This document shows, in pieces, positions 26,482 through 39,468 of a stretch of DNA of 64,000 nucleotides. The stretch covers positions 1-64,000 of the forward strand of contig NW_021824845.1 in assembly GCF_006345805.1 (NCBI RefSeq), written 5' to 3'. The translations under genes were made by a program, and so were the position numbers. Source of the stretch: Octopus sinensis. Its lineage: Eukaryota. How positions within the stretch are numbered: position 1 is the first letter of the stretch; every line of letters begins with the position of its first letter. The notes beneath the pieces were generated by a model. That model was not told where the DNA came from. It made no database searches and was given only the letters and a program-made list of their open reading frames with translations.

Positions 26482-26538
<57 letters not shown>

Positions 26539-26690
26539 ATATATATATAAATATATATACATGTATTATATATATATGTATATATATATTTGTATGTATA
26601 TATATATGCATATATATATATATATATATATTTGTATGTATATATATATACATATATATTTGTATGTATGTATGTATGTATGTATGTATG

Positions 26691-26739
<49 letters not shown>

Positions 26740-26779
26740 CCTCTGTTTGTTTTAATTTTGCTTCGTTTACGTATCTTGG

Positions 26780-27170
26780 GGCAAAATAAAACTTCTTCAA
26801 ATTCATCATCATCATTATCATCGGCATTATCATCTTCATCGTCATCGTTGTCATCACCACCACCACGACCATCATCATCAGTATCATCAACACCACCTCC
26901 ACTATCATCATTACCACCCCTACCGTCATCATCATCCTCGTCGTCGTCGTCGTCATCTTCGCCGTCGTCACTATCACCATCATCATTATTATCACAATCA
27001 TCATCAAGGGCGTAAATGCCATCATATTTAGTGTGTTATGCAAAATAGTTTTTCACCATTATTGACACCAGCACCATAAGCAGCAACAACAGCAGGAAAA
27101 CCACAATCATCATCATCATCATCGCCATCAAAAGCAACAACGTCAACAATGACAACAAAATGATGATCTC
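26780..27170. repeat. Degenerate (CAT/CGT/CAC/CAA)n trinucleotide tract
   Basis: Directly visible. Source of the poly-S and poly-M ORFs. Confidence 0.85.
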
Positions 27171-27384
27171 TGAGAATAAAATGTGTTTTTTTTTAGTCAT
27201 TTGTATTCTTCGCCATTCTTTTATTCCAGATCAAAGAGCAAAAATCTCAGCCTCAGTTCTTTCATTTAATTTCCTAGATGTCAGTTCAACCTAATCTAAT
27301 AATCTGTCTACCTACCTACCTACCTACCTATCCATCTATCATTCTACCTACCTATCGCTCGATCATTCCATCTACCTATCTCTC

Positions 27385-27420
<36 letters not shown>

Positions 27421-27627
27421 CCTATCTATCTGTAGGTCTGTCTCTCTCTCTATCCTGCTCATCTATTTATCAGTTTGTCTGACACCCACCTGACGTCCTG
27501 TTTATCAATCAATCCATGAATTTATTTACCTCATTTTTTATACATGCCTATCTGTGTGTGTGTGTACTTGTGTGTGCCTATTAATTATATATGTACGTCA
27601 CACACGCGCGCATACATGCACACGCAC

Positions 27628-28300
27628 ATACATGGGTTTTGTTCCGAAAGTAATACAAAAGTAAGCATAACTCTTTTTTATTATGTGACATGGGGCATGG
27701 TTTTTGTACGTATTGACCGATGAGCTCTCCCTCTATACAAAAATTATACTCACCATGTGACGTATTTATGCCTCCATTAGAACTAGCTTGCTAATCTGCT
27801 TTGAAAAATATTCAGGTCAGCACTATTGCCCCGAATCCTTCATAGTCACTTTTATGTCATGTGTTATCGAATAATTATTCTCTACGAAGTCTATTGCTCG
27901 CTGGACCGAAGAGGTGGAAGTCGAAGAACACCAGATCCGAACTGTTTAATGGATGGGGAAACCATTGACCAGCCCGAGTTGCTGATTGCTTGATTTGTTG
28001 CACCTTGTCATAATCAATGTAAATCATTTTCAGATGTTTGGTCTCTAAGCCTTTTGAGGTTTTCTGTATACTACTCAATGTTCACGGTACAGTTGTTCCG
28101 TACATTGTTCTTCTTAATGGTGTCATCTCTGTAAACAATCTGCTGCCTTCTGTTAATGAAGGGCAGCCAGTACTCTTCCTTCGTCAAGAATCCAATGAAG
28201 GTAAGTTCCCTCTGTTCTGAAGCCGTTCTTTTGCTTGCAATAAAGAACAGAAAGAAGTATAACAATGGAAAAAAATTTTTCTACCAACAAACGTAAGTTG
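27628..28300 (-). mobile_element. Degraded mariner transposon (C-terminal transposase)
   Basis: PHPLNSSDLVFFDFHLFGP (27875..28078) matches the mariner HPPYSPDLAPSDFHLF motif. Downstream PEYFSKQISKLV. TIR-like TTGTTCCGAAAGTAAT at ~27638. Confidence 0.7.
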
Positions 28301-28769
28301 AGCGAGGTTTGCAGTTAAATAAAAGTTCTAGGACTGTTTTCGATGAAATTATTTTCATGGCGTTCCTAATTGCAGTTTATTAATTCGAATAAATCTAAAG
28401 CAATTAGAATCATTCTAAATATACAACCTTAGATTCATGCTTAAAGAGCTAATTCTATCCAAGAAACTTGGATAGCAGACGGTGATAAGGAAAGGAACTG
28501 TATATGAATAGCACAAAGTTATGGATATCGAGATAAATATATTGATTAAAGATCTACTGGATACAAAGGCCCTGTTTAATTTAAGTGTAATGCATGAAGG
28601 AATGAGGTAAGATATGAGATATTAATACTTTAACTGGTCTTTAATTTCTATCGTGCTACAAGTTTAAGTTTACCAGAGTGAAATAAGTTTAAGGTAAATA
28701 TTAAAAAAAAACGTATGACAAATCCCACTTGGATATATATATATATATTAGAGAGAGAGAGAGAGTAAA

Positions 28770-28944
28770 AAGTTTTGAATGGTACAACAATGCACTATAA
28801 TACAAACAATGGGCTATATACATGTTGTAATTTAGTCATCCAAAGTCTGATGATATTTCGGAATAAATATTCCTTCTTCAGATATTCTTAGATGGAGCCG
28901 CTGCAATAATCGGTTTTCCAAACTTTTTTTTTTGGAAGCGTCTC
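28770..28944 (-). repeat. 3' pseudo-LTR segment of the Penelope element
   Basis: AAGTTTTGAATGGTACAACAATGCACTATAATAC...GAAGCGTCTC, repeated at 31759-31941. Confidence 0.9.
28850..28883 (-). ncRNA. Minimal type I hammerhead in the 3' pLTR
   Basis: Minus strand CTGAAGA-A-GGAAT-ATTT-ATTCC-GAAA-TA-TC (core 28881-28875, predicted site 28852). Palindromic ATAT replaces helix III. Proximal helix I is only 2 bp. Confidence 0.6.
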
Positions 28945-29166
28945 AGCAGTGAACTCACGAAGCTCCTTCCGGAATTCCTCATGAAAAATGTGTGAGATCG
29001 GCCATGTCTCAATCTCGTGTGTGCTGGCTTATCCGTAGCGCTACTTCTAAGTTATATATTATACATGCAGCTTCCTTTTTCTTCCCTTTTTTCTCTTCTT
29101 TTTTTTTAATTATAAACTACAGATGAGCATATTATCAAAAATGAACCTACACGCATCCAGATGTAT

Positions 29167-31794
29167 CTAAATAATGTATTGATTACCAATCTCCAGCCTG
29201 TTGTTAATTTGGGGCCCTAGTCTGTGTATGAATATAGCTTCCTTAATTCTTAAATTACCCAAATTTCTTTCATTGGCCTCAATTGTGACTGTTATGCTTT
29301 TGTCGGTGTTCCGGCATCTGTCTAGATGTTTTCAGAAGCTCTCGTGTTCATATGTTCTTTGATGCGGACGTGTAACAGTCTTAATGTGCTATCCACATAG
29401 AATTTGTTGCATTTGTTACATTGTATTCTATACACAACATTTACCCGTTGGCATAAATCTGTGTCATGGATGGAACAGTTTGTTAGTGTGTATTGATTGT
29501 TGTCCCTTGTTCGTTTCTTTGCGAGGTGTCCTCTCAGAGAGGAGCCGGAGAGGGCTAGTTGTATGTCTAGCCCTTCTCTTCTTATGGCTCTTCGGATGGA
29601 TGTAGTTATCCTCTCGCTAAAATGGGGTATTTTAAGGAAGCATGTGTTGCTTGGTTTTCTATGTGTTCGGCGTGTTGGTTATCTTGGGTACTTAATCCGA
29701 TTTACAATGGATCTAGGGTACCCGTTGGTTTTCAGTACATCTAGGAAGCGTGTAGCGTGGGTCACCTTGTCCTCCGTTCTACTGCACCTGGATGTGTGCA
29801 AGTTCCTTTCTGGCGTATCCTATTTTGGCCCCGAGTGGAAGGGCTGAACTGTACTGGACAAACATATTTCTACTGGCTTCTTTCCTGTAGAACTCGGTGT
29901 GGATCTCCCCTTCTTCCGGTATATTCAGTTTGAAGTCAAGTAGTGAAAGCGAGCCATTGTTGTCAGGATGTTCTATAGTGAACTTTATGTTCAAGTCCAT
30001 GTTATTGAAAGTCATGAATATTCTGTCAGCCTCTTCACGGGAGGATATGAGTATGAGGATGTCATCTACGTATCTGGTGAAGAAGGCGCATGAGCGGCAG
30101 ATTTTGAGTGTTCGACGTTCCAATAGTTTATGTAAGTGATGGCTAGTAGGCCCGAGAGACTGGATCCCATGGGGAGACCTGTTGTCTGTTTGTATATATG
30201 GACCTGGAAAGAGAAGTAGGTGTTGTCCACGATGAGGGACAAAAGTTGATGTATATCAGCTGCGGTAAGTCCGAAGCATTCGATGTCGGACGCTATTATG
30301 CAGTCAGTCAATAGGTTGACCGCCGAGTGTGCTAGTTCCGTTGTGTACATTGAGACAACGTCAAGACTAAAGGCATATCTGTTTTGCCTGGGTTGGTATA
30401 GGGGCAATTGGTGCAGTCTTTTGATGACTTCGGCGTTTTTGACGTGTCCAGGAAAGGTGGAGAGTATGGATTTCAGAATATGAGAAAGTTACCAGGATAT
30501 TTTATATAGAGGTTCTTCCACGCTAGAGACGATGGGTCTAATCTGGATCGTGTTGCTATTCTTGTGTGTTTTAATGAGGTGATAAAATCTGGGTAATCTA
30601 CTGTTCTTTGTGATGAAGTTGTTCTTGAATTTATTATGTATTTGTCTCCGTCTACAGATGTCCGTCCATGCGGTGTTAATTCAGTCCTCAATTCTGGTCA
30701 CAGTTATATCTGTCACTTCAGAATATAGTCTTCTGTCATTGCTTAAATGTTCTAGTGCCAGTCTATCATATATTTCACAAGAAATCACGCAGATTTCTTT
30801 TCCTTTATTTGGGGTTAAGTATATAAGTTTTTTTTGTTTTTAGTTTGGTCAGTGTTTTATGTTAAGTTTGGAGTTATTTTCGATTCCTTCCTTAAGATGT
30901 TGGAGATCGACTGCTTCAATCTGGATAGTTTGTGGTTGAGTTCTTGGTTAGTTGGGAGTGGGTGGAGTGAGTGATCTAGTTGGTACGTGGGAAATTTGCC
31001 GAGTGTGTTGTTCTTCTTCTTCCTTATCACCGATAACCATTTGAGTTGGTAGACTGTTCGACAAAAGTTGGCTTCCAAGTCGAATAAGATTTTTTCATTC
31101 GGCTGTTGGCTCAAGATAAATTTAGGGCCCAGATTGAGAAGTTCTTCATGGGAGAGTGACCACTCAATCTGTGACTAGGGATTTCGTTGCTGATGGTATG
31201 CTGGCGTCCTCGGTGTTAGTGTTATCTCGTTCGGTGGGGATGTCCTGTTCATTTGTGTCAGTGTAATAGGCCGAGTTGTGTCGCTATTTGGTACAAAGCC
31301 ACTGGAATTTAAGTGTGAGACGTTTCTTCTCTTAGTCAACGTAGTGGTGGTAGCATCGGTCAATAGCTCCGATTGTTCTTCGGTATGTATGTTCAATGGC
31401 TAACGTGACGCTGCATATTATTTCAGAGAATTTGCCTATGTGCTCATGTAGTTGTTGGTGTAGATGGTGTATGATTTCTCTGATGACGAACGTATGTATG
31501 AAAGTATTTCATTGATCGTCGAAGGGTAAGTTTGCGGAAACACGATGGTAGATGAATGTTCCTGTTGCTGTTGGTGTTGGGAATTATGTTGTTTTTTAGG
31601 CAGCGTTTAAGAAAGTTTATTTGGCATCCGATTTTAGCACGTTTCACAGATAGCTTGATCAACTCCCTAGCGGTTGCGAACTTGGCCTGGCTCAGGCGTA
31701 GAGATAGGAGAGTATTGTAGTTCGCTTGAAGCATTGTGTATTGTTTGTAAAGAATAACAAGTTTTGAATGGTACAACAATGCACTATAATACAA
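29167..31794 (-). pseudogene. Penelope-type RT / GIY-YIG endonuclease polyprotein (frameshifted)
   Basis: N-term KRAKIGCQINFLKRCLKNNIIP; SLDVVSMYT; YKQTTGLPMGSSLSGLLA; RYVDD; IKFTIE; LSLLD; FYRK; GIY-YIG-like NVVYRIQCNKCNKFYVDST.RLLHVRIKEH; ends GPQINNRLEIGNQYII*. Confidence 0.92.
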
Positions 31795-31941
31795 ACAATG
31801 GACTATATACCTGTTGTAATTTAGTCATCCATAATCTGATGATATTTCGGAATAAAATTCGTTCTTCAGATATTCTTAGATGGAGCCGCTGCTATAATCG
31901 GTTTTCTTTTTCTTTCTTTTTTTTTTTTTTTGAAGCGTCTC
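31759..31941 (-). repeat. 5' pseudo-LTR segment (contains ORF start and a mutated hammerhead at 31841-31869)
   Basis: Direct repeat of 28770-28944. HHR reads CTGAAGA-A-CGAAT-TTT-ATTCC-GAAA-TATC, with a C.C mismatch at the base of helix II. Confidence 0.85.
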
Positions 31942-32259
31942 GGTATATATATGAATTTCGTGTGTAGTATATGAATTCATAGCGCCTTCTGGTAATCGCA
32001 GAGGAGCTCCTCTAGCTGACCCGGCTACCATACTACACGTAGTTATCCAATACAGAGGAGTATAATGTGGAGTCTGTGCAATATACAACATGCATATTGG
32101 AGCAGATATGTAAAAGAGAAATTTATTATACATTAAAATTAATACATGATGGAAGTTACGAAACGGCTGTAATCCTAATCCTACAGGTATTAAGTGGTTA
32201 AATAAATATATTCATTTCTCATAACTTCTGACTTATATAAACATATGTATGTATGTATA

Positions 32260-32563
32260 GGAGGATGCATGGCTTAGTGGTTGGAGTGTTGAAATCATGA
32301 TCTAGCGATTGAGAGTTCAATTCCTGCATCGGGTGGTGCATTGCGTTCTCGAGCAAAACACTTCATCGCAAGTTGCTCTGCGATTAAAACGATATCTGAC
32401 GAGTGGCACACTGCGTACCTGTTGAGACAGCATCGATTTGATAGAGGAGAGAGTGAGCTAATGCGCGTCACGAACATTTGATCCCTATAAACGAATCATT
32501 TGTGCAGGTCGTGTCGACAAAGGCTGAACGCTAATACGTCGTCTTCGACGGGAGAGTCCATCA
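32260..32563 (+). mobile_element. tRNA-derived SINE with RTE-like tail (family C-like)
   Basis: TGGCTTAGTGGTTGG (A box), GAGTTCAATTCC (B box), TTCTCGAGCAAAACACTT, tail GTCGTCTTCGACGGGAGAG. Confidence 0.7.
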
Positions 32564-32712
32564 TGTGTGAGTGTGTGTGAATGTATATATGCACGTATGT
32601 ATCTATACAAAATATACAAAAACATGAATATATAACCATATATGCATATGCATATATCTATTTACATCTTCAGTACACAAGTATATTTATGTATAATTAT
32701 ATAGAGAAAAAA

Positions 32713-32759
<47 letters not shown>

Positions 32760-32847
32760 TCTACATATATTTATAAGTATGTGTGTGTATGTATTATACA
32801 TATCTGACCATCAATCTAACCATCTTCATAATACTGTATATATATTC

Positions 32848-32879
<32 letters not shown>

Positions 32880-32932
32880 TATACACTACATCCTCGCATT
32901 GTTGTTTTTTTCTGCTTATTCTCGTTTGGATT

Positions 32933-32963
<31 letters not shown>

Positions 32964-33038
32964 ATGTAGGATAAAATTTTTTCGAAAATAAATTTTATCA
33001 ATGGCCAGCATATTAAAAAATACCTTTAAAGGTTAAAT

Positions 33039-33313
33039 TATAAACAACTTATAAATAAGGGCAAACGAAAAAATTTCTAATGCCAATATGCCGAAAATTG
33101 GACATATTGTCCATTTACCATATAATTTTTTTCTCAGTACGCTCGCTACTCGAAAAAAGGTCGACAGAAATTTTTTTAGAGATTTCTGTCGACCTTTTTT
33201 CGAGTAGCGTGCGTAGTGGGAAAAAAATTACATGGTAAATGGACAATATGTCCATTTTCGGCATATTTGGCATTAGAAATTTTTCGTTTACCCTTATTTA
33301 TAAGTTGTTTATA
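33039..33313. repeat. Long hairpin / inverted repeat (arms ~130 bp, ~10-nt loop)
   Basis: TATAAACAACTTATAAATAAGG...GTCGACAGAAAT / ATTTCTGTCGAC...CCTTATTTATAAGTTGTTTATA. Confidence 0.95.
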
Positions 33314-33428
33314 TATATATATATATCAATATAAAGGGTGAATTAATTAATTTAGAAATAATCATTAAATTCACCAAGTAGAGTTCGGCATGTAAAAGAC
33401 CGATTCAAAAGGTTTTAGTAATACTAAG

Positions 33429-33784
33429 TAATTAAGGTGTTTAGCAACGATTTGCCTCACCACACACCGAATTTAGAAATAGCAGTCAAAAGTTTTGACT
33501 ATTCTTTCTATTTCTACTTAAAAGGGAGATCCCAGTAAAAACCAAGCACTTAAAAAGCAAACGACGCAGGTAAAAGAGAAAGAAATGACGACAATCATTC
33601 TATTTAAGTTCATTATATAGAATGATTGTCGTCATTCTTTCTCTTTTACCTGCGTCGTTTGCTTTTTAAGTGCTTTGGTTTTACTGGGATCTCCCTTTTA
33701 AGTAGAAAGAATAGTCAAAACTTTTTGACTGCTATTTCTAAATTCGGTGTGTGGTGAGGCAAATCGTTGCTAAACCCTTAATTA
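33429..33784. repeat. Long hairpin / inverted repeat (arms ~170 bp, ~13-nt loop)
   Basis: TAATTAAGG.GTTTAGCAACGATTTGCCTCACC...CAATCATTCTAT / ATAGAATGATTG...GGTGAGGCAAATCGTTGCTAAACCCTTAATTA. Confidence 0.95.
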
Positions 33785-33791
33785 TATATAT

Positions 33792-34270
33792 ATAACTTAC
33801 AATAACTTAGAAAGGTCTTCGCCAATATTGGCCCAGGTTATGTCTAACTTAATAGCACCACCTGGCGAAGTCTTTCAATTCAGGATTTGGGCACCAAGGC
33901 CCATTCGAGCAGAGAGTTATTGTTTGCGGAGACATATCCAGGTGTGGGTAGTTTGTCCGGGACTCTTTGAAGGAATTTGTCCAAAGACGTCTTGAATTTT
34001 GTGTGGTCAGTTTCTGTTTTGACGTTGAAGAGAGCGGGTCCAATTGAGGTGAAATAACTGTGCCGTATTGTTGTTATGAGATGCAATATAGATTTTTGTT
34101 GTGGACGGATGGCACGGGGTCCAAGCATTGGGTGTATTTTGAAGGTGATGCCAACATCATTTGGAATATTTTCCACATCATACAGAAAATATAGCGTTCA
34201 CGGCGTCGTTGGAGTGAATACAGTTTCAGCTTTACCAGTCGACCCCAGTAGTCGAGGTCTGACATGCCAT
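33792..34270 (-). mobile_element. 5'-truncated CR1-like LINE 3' end (family 2)
   Basis: MSDLDYWGRLVKLKLYSLQRRRERYIFCMMWKIF and HSYFTSIGPALFN...FKTSLDKFLQRVPD. Tail GGTGGTGCTATTAAGTTAGACAT...CTAAGTTATTGTAAGTTAT. Confidence 0.88.
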
Positions 34271-34510
34271 CTATCTTTTGTATTTATTTATAGCACTGTA
34301 CCACCCATATACAAATATATATTTTATATATATATATACATACTTACATACACACACACGTACGTACATACATACACACACATATCCATACATATACATA
34401 CATGTCCATACATACAAACATATACATACATACATATCCATACATACATACATATCCATACATACATACATATTCATACATACATACATATTCATACATA
34501 CATACATACA

Positions 34511-34541
<31 letters not shown>

Positions 34542-35299
34542 CCATCCATCTATCCATCCATACATCCATCCATACATACCCCTACGAAGCAAAACACTTT
34601 CCACTTATCTCAAACACGTAATTATTTTCTTTTCTGCAATCGGAAGCAATTTAACCGGAAATAAACACACAAAATACATCGCTATTTCAGTGACAGTGAT
34701 GAGTAAATATTGAACAGTGTTGTTGTTGTCGTCGATGATGTTGTTGATGGTGATGGTGATGGTCTTGCAGCTATATTGTTGTTGATGTTATTGCTATCGT
34801 TGTTGTTGCTGCTGCTACCATTGGCCTGAGCCAAACAGTTCTTCGACTGTTGTCAGACGTATAGGAAATGGCGATGTCTTCTTATCTTGTTAGACATCTG
34901 CTCCTCCGTAAGCAACAAACAAACAACGGCACACATAGAAATAAATACAAATATATTGCTCCATGTCTACGAGGATGTGTGCATGAATAATATATGTGTG
35001 TCTGTCTGCCTCTCTGTGTGTGAGTGTGTGTATGTAACTCAGCGAGTTGCATGTGAATATCTAATGTACGTATATATATATATGTGTGTGCATGTGTGAG
35101 CACATATATATATATATAAATGAATGCATGTATAATTAAGTGTGTGTATATATATATATATTTATAATGTATATGCATTTATATATATGTATATACATTC
35201 ATATATTTATATGTATATATGTACATATACATGCATATTTAAATATCTATACATATATAATAATAGTGTGTGTGTGTGGTGTGTGTGTGTGTGTGTGTG

Positions 35300-35332
<33 letters not shown>

Positions 35333-35335
<3 letters not shown>

Positions 35336-36460
35336 CTCTGAATGCTGTTCCCCAAAGAAGTATCTTGGAGCTATTACTGTTTATAGCAGCTGTCTTAGAC
35401 ATGCCGATGCTCACTCGAACAGCTACTGTCACTGGTTCTGTTGATAATACAAAATTATCACAGACAATATCGTACCCCGACGATGTCTGAAGCTTTCAGT
35501 AGCATTTAAATAAAATGTAAAAGTGGAGTGAAGAAAACAACATGCAGTTTAATGCTTGAAAATTTCAAACACTGCACTATCAGCTTCCAAATGCACGGCA
35601 ACCTGCGTGCACAGGACCCGAAGGCACTGCAATATGAGTCGTAGACAATGAGAAACTTGGCGGTCAGTTTGCGTAATGATGCATTGTTTCATATGCACAT
35701 TACTAAGATGTACAACAATGTGCAGACAACTGGCAGGATTGATACTAAGGTCCTTCAAAACAAGAGACCAAGTAGCTATGTTGACCCTGTGTTCTGAGCT
35801 GTCTAGATTACTGCTCTCAGTTATGGCCACCACATAGAGCCAAACTAACTGCGGTGCTTGATGCAGTCCAACGTCATTGCATTAAAACGATTATAACAGT
35901 GCAGTCGACGAACTACAGGGAGGGAACACAGAACACTACGACTTTAATCTCAGTTAGAAAGACGCAGATAGATATGTAAAAATGCAAATACGGAAAAATT
36001 CTGGAAGTTCATTATCTAATATTGGCATCGAGTGTTATGCTGGACGCCACTGCATTGTACTAAAAGTACCATCCACCCATTCTGAAGTCATGACCATATT
36101 CTGCAATAGCTTAAGATTCAAAAGCCCACAGCTTTTCAATGCTCTGCCAAAGAAATTAAGACACCTACACAATGCAGACATAGGTATCTTTAAAAAAGAA
36201 ATGGACCTTCTCCTAACCACGATACCAGAGCAACCAACGGCCCGGTATGAAGCACAGATGAGGGTAGCAGTATCGAACTCGCCCCTACACAAAATGGGTC
36301 AACAATCAAGAGAGAAAACACATGCATGAGGGGTGGCATAAAATCCCACTACCCAGAAGAAATCAGCTTCAGAGCAATAATCTATAAAAGTACAAAATCA
36401 GGATGGTGCTCCAGCATGGCTACAGTCGAATGTCTCAAACGAAGAACAGGATAAAAGTAT
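35333..36460 (+). pseudogene. Degraded CR1-like LINE, RT C-terminal half and 3' end
   Basis: VPQRSILELLLF...SVDNTKLSQ (degenerate VPQG.VLGPLLF...YADDTK) and FCNSLRFKSPQLFNALP...FKKEMDLLL..IPEQP. Tail GGTGCTCCAGCATGGCTACAGTC. Confidence 0.8.
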
Positions 36461-36549
36461 ACACAACACATATATGTATGTATGTTTGTGTGAGTGTGTA
36501 ATATATGCATATACGTATTTGTACCTATATATACATATACATACACACA

Positions 36550-36604
<55 letters not shown>

Positions 36605-37209
36605 CATACATACATAATTATGCACGAGGACAGTGTTTTAGCTCAGAGCTGGTTTGGATTCTTGCGTAATCCAAAGAAATAAAAAGATGTCTAAAATTAA
36701 GTATGTATATACACGCAGCTATATACGTTACTGTGTGTGAGTGAATGAGTACAAGTGTGTGTGTGTATATATGTGTTTGTAAGTAGATAAAAAGCAAACT
36801 GCAAAGATAAAATCTAGAGTATATATATATATTTACGGTAATACATATTGTGATATCTAAACATATCTTTAAATAGAGATATATTCTTTATGAAATTGTT
36901 CTAGAAATATGTTCTGATATGGTTGCGGATATACTGCCTCTACAAAACTATGTTGGTGAACTCATCGAATAAACGCTTTGTTCGTTTTTTATATTAGTCT
37001 AAGTTCTCACAGCAACATTTTAGTCTTATAGTCAGGACAGAAGGCGATGCCTTTCGCGTTTTAATTGCCTTCAACATGGGTAGGAGGGTTGGAGAATGAT
37101 ATGCTCAAATTAATGACCTCGTCTAAATGCATGTATAAGAGTGGACTCTGATAAAACTAGCTAAGACCTTTTATTAGTATTAAACCGAACGACATAGTAA
37201 GTTTACTAT

Positions 37210-37460
37210 ATAGAGCAATGGGCTTTTTTTCACCTATGGACCCTCTTGTTTCACATGGCCCCTCATAACTATTCGGTGTTTTAAAGCTCTGATGACATCG
37301 TTATAATTAAATATTATTAAGGAATTGAATTTTTTAAAATGTTGAAATACTTTGCTTATTTTGGGTGTAAAGCCAATATATTGCTCATAAAGTTTAACCA
37401 CAATATCTTATATGGACCCACAAGGGTTGTCTGTGTTCCCGTTGGGAATCGCTGATGTAG
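37210..37460. mobile_element. Possible hAT-type MITE remnant
   Basis: Right end GTTGGGAATCGCTG resembles the GTTGGGAACCACTG TIR of Charlie-like MITEs. Left end is poorly conserved. Confidence 0.3.
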
Positions 37461-38620
37461 AGTATGGTAGGAATTGAACTCAGAACGTAAACAACCGGAA
37501 GAAGTATCGCAAATCCTCTAGTCTGAGGTTCGTATTTCAGCATACCACCTTCACCTCAGTCCTCCAGAATTAGGGCTTTTTTTTATAATATATCATAAAA
37601 TGATTAAATGCAAAGTTGACCGCGGCAAAATTTTAATCTAGAATGGGAGTCATTCTTTTCGACGCTTTACCGACACTTTGACCAAGGGTCACCGAACCGC
37701 GTCTGCCGGCCCAACCTAGTCACTTGTCCCATTTCAGGTAACCACTCGATTTCAATTGCACACAACATTTATTTTCCTAGTCAATCTTTCCATATCAAAC
37801 GCCACATAAATCACTTCAAATGAATCAACGTCGTTTTATTGATACATATTACAAAGGTCACTTGTTATTTCTGCAGATATTCCATAGAAATTAAAGCCAG
37901 CTCTGATTTTTGTTACGGCGTTTCGTGTTTGAAACAAAAGTCAGTCGTAACAACAATAAGTACTGGCCATAATTTCTATAGAAAATCTGTAGAGATAACC
38001 TTAACAAATAATATAAATCGCACTGCTAACACAGTAGAATACGGTATTAACTTCTAAAATGGTTTAATATACTTAATAATATACTATTGCTGCATAACGA
38101 AATACCGCGCCCCAACAAGTCATTAAAATAGAAAGATTTCTTCTTTTGGTAAAAACAAAATATTGAACCAGGTACATTTTAAACAGTAAACGGATTCTCC
38201 TGCAAAATCGATTGGAGCAGCTAATTCTAACAGCTGTCTCGGTCGAGTTTGTAAGAACTATAGATTCCAGAACAGACGATGACAAAAATCATAATCAAAA
38301 CATGCAAAAAATGCTTATCTGCCCAGAGGTTCTCTCGTTGTCCCAGATATAAGAAATGTGGCGATATAAAGCAATAATATGCAACTCTAAAGCGGAGGGC
38401 TGGCAGAAACGTTAACACGCCGGGCGAAATGTTTAGGAAAACACTTGTCGAAAATAAACAATATAATTAAATTCTAGTATACACTAAACGGTATATATAT
38501 GTGCGTGTGTATGTGTGCATGGTTATGTGTTTGTGTGTGTGTAGTTGTGTATGTGCACGTGTGTGTGTATTTGTGTATGTGCACATGCGTGTGTTTATAT
38601 ATATATATATATGTGTGTGT

Positions 38621-38660
<40 letters not shown>

Positions 38661-38688
38661 TATATATAATATATATATACATATACAT

Positions 38689-38722
<34 letters not shown>

Positions 38723-38759
38723 ATATACATACTACATGTCTATAATGCCGTCAAAAGCT

Positions 38760-39468
38760 TGTTTATACACGAATTATTTATTTATACGCTTGTTTATACG
38801 CGAATTATTAGAAAGGATCACAAAAGTACCGCTCCCAAAATTACTGCAGAGCTTAAAGACACCCTCGAGAACCCAGTTTCCACAAAAACTGTTCGCCGGG
38901 AGCTGCACTAAGCCGGATTTCAAGGGAGGGCTGCAATCAGAAAACCACTACTTTCAAAAACAAATGTTGCAAAGCATTTAGAATGCAGTAAAAACCTACA
39001 GAATTGGTCCCTAGAACAGTGGAAGAATGTTACTTTCTCGGACGAGTCATCCTTTACATTATTGCCGACCACCAGCCGAGTATACGTATGGAGACAGTCA
39101 AAAGAAACAATTAACCCACACTGCCTTCTTCCAACTGTTAAACATGGAGGAGGATCAGTTGTTACTGAATGGCACGAGGAACATTCTAGTGGCCACCACC
39201 ACAGTCGCCAGATCTCAATATTATTGAACATTTATGGTTCATTTTAGAAAAACAAGTAAGGAATTGATATATTCCACCATCATCACTACAAGAACTGGAG
39301 ACTGTTTTAGCTGAAGAATGGATAAAAATTCATTTGGAAACAATTCAAACTTTATACGAGTCCATACATTGTAGAAGTCAAGCTGTAATTACTGCCAAAG
39401 GCGGTCGTACCCCATATTAAAATAAATTTGAAATTTTAAGGTGTTCCCATTGTTTTGTGCAACCCCGG
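38760..39468 (+). mobile_element. Internally deleted Tc1-like transposon (DDE transposase remnant) with right TIR
   Basis: VSTKTVRRELH.AGFQGRAAIRKPLL, QWKNVTFSDESSF, PTVKHGGGSV, then QSPDLNIIEHLW and AVITAKGGRTPY*. Ends GTGCAACCCCGG followed by TA. Confidence 0.88.

Larger units (their letters stand above)
28770..31941 (-). mobile_element. Near-complete Penelope-like element with two direct pseudo-LTR segments
   Basis: RT and GIY-YIG pseudo-ORF bracketed by ~175-bp direct repeats at 28770-28944 and 31759-31941. Confidence 0.9.

Noticed and set aside
32140-32175. ATGATGG-AAGTTAC-GAAAC-GGCT-GTA hammerhead-like string
   Set aside because: Two core mismatches and no helix I or II.
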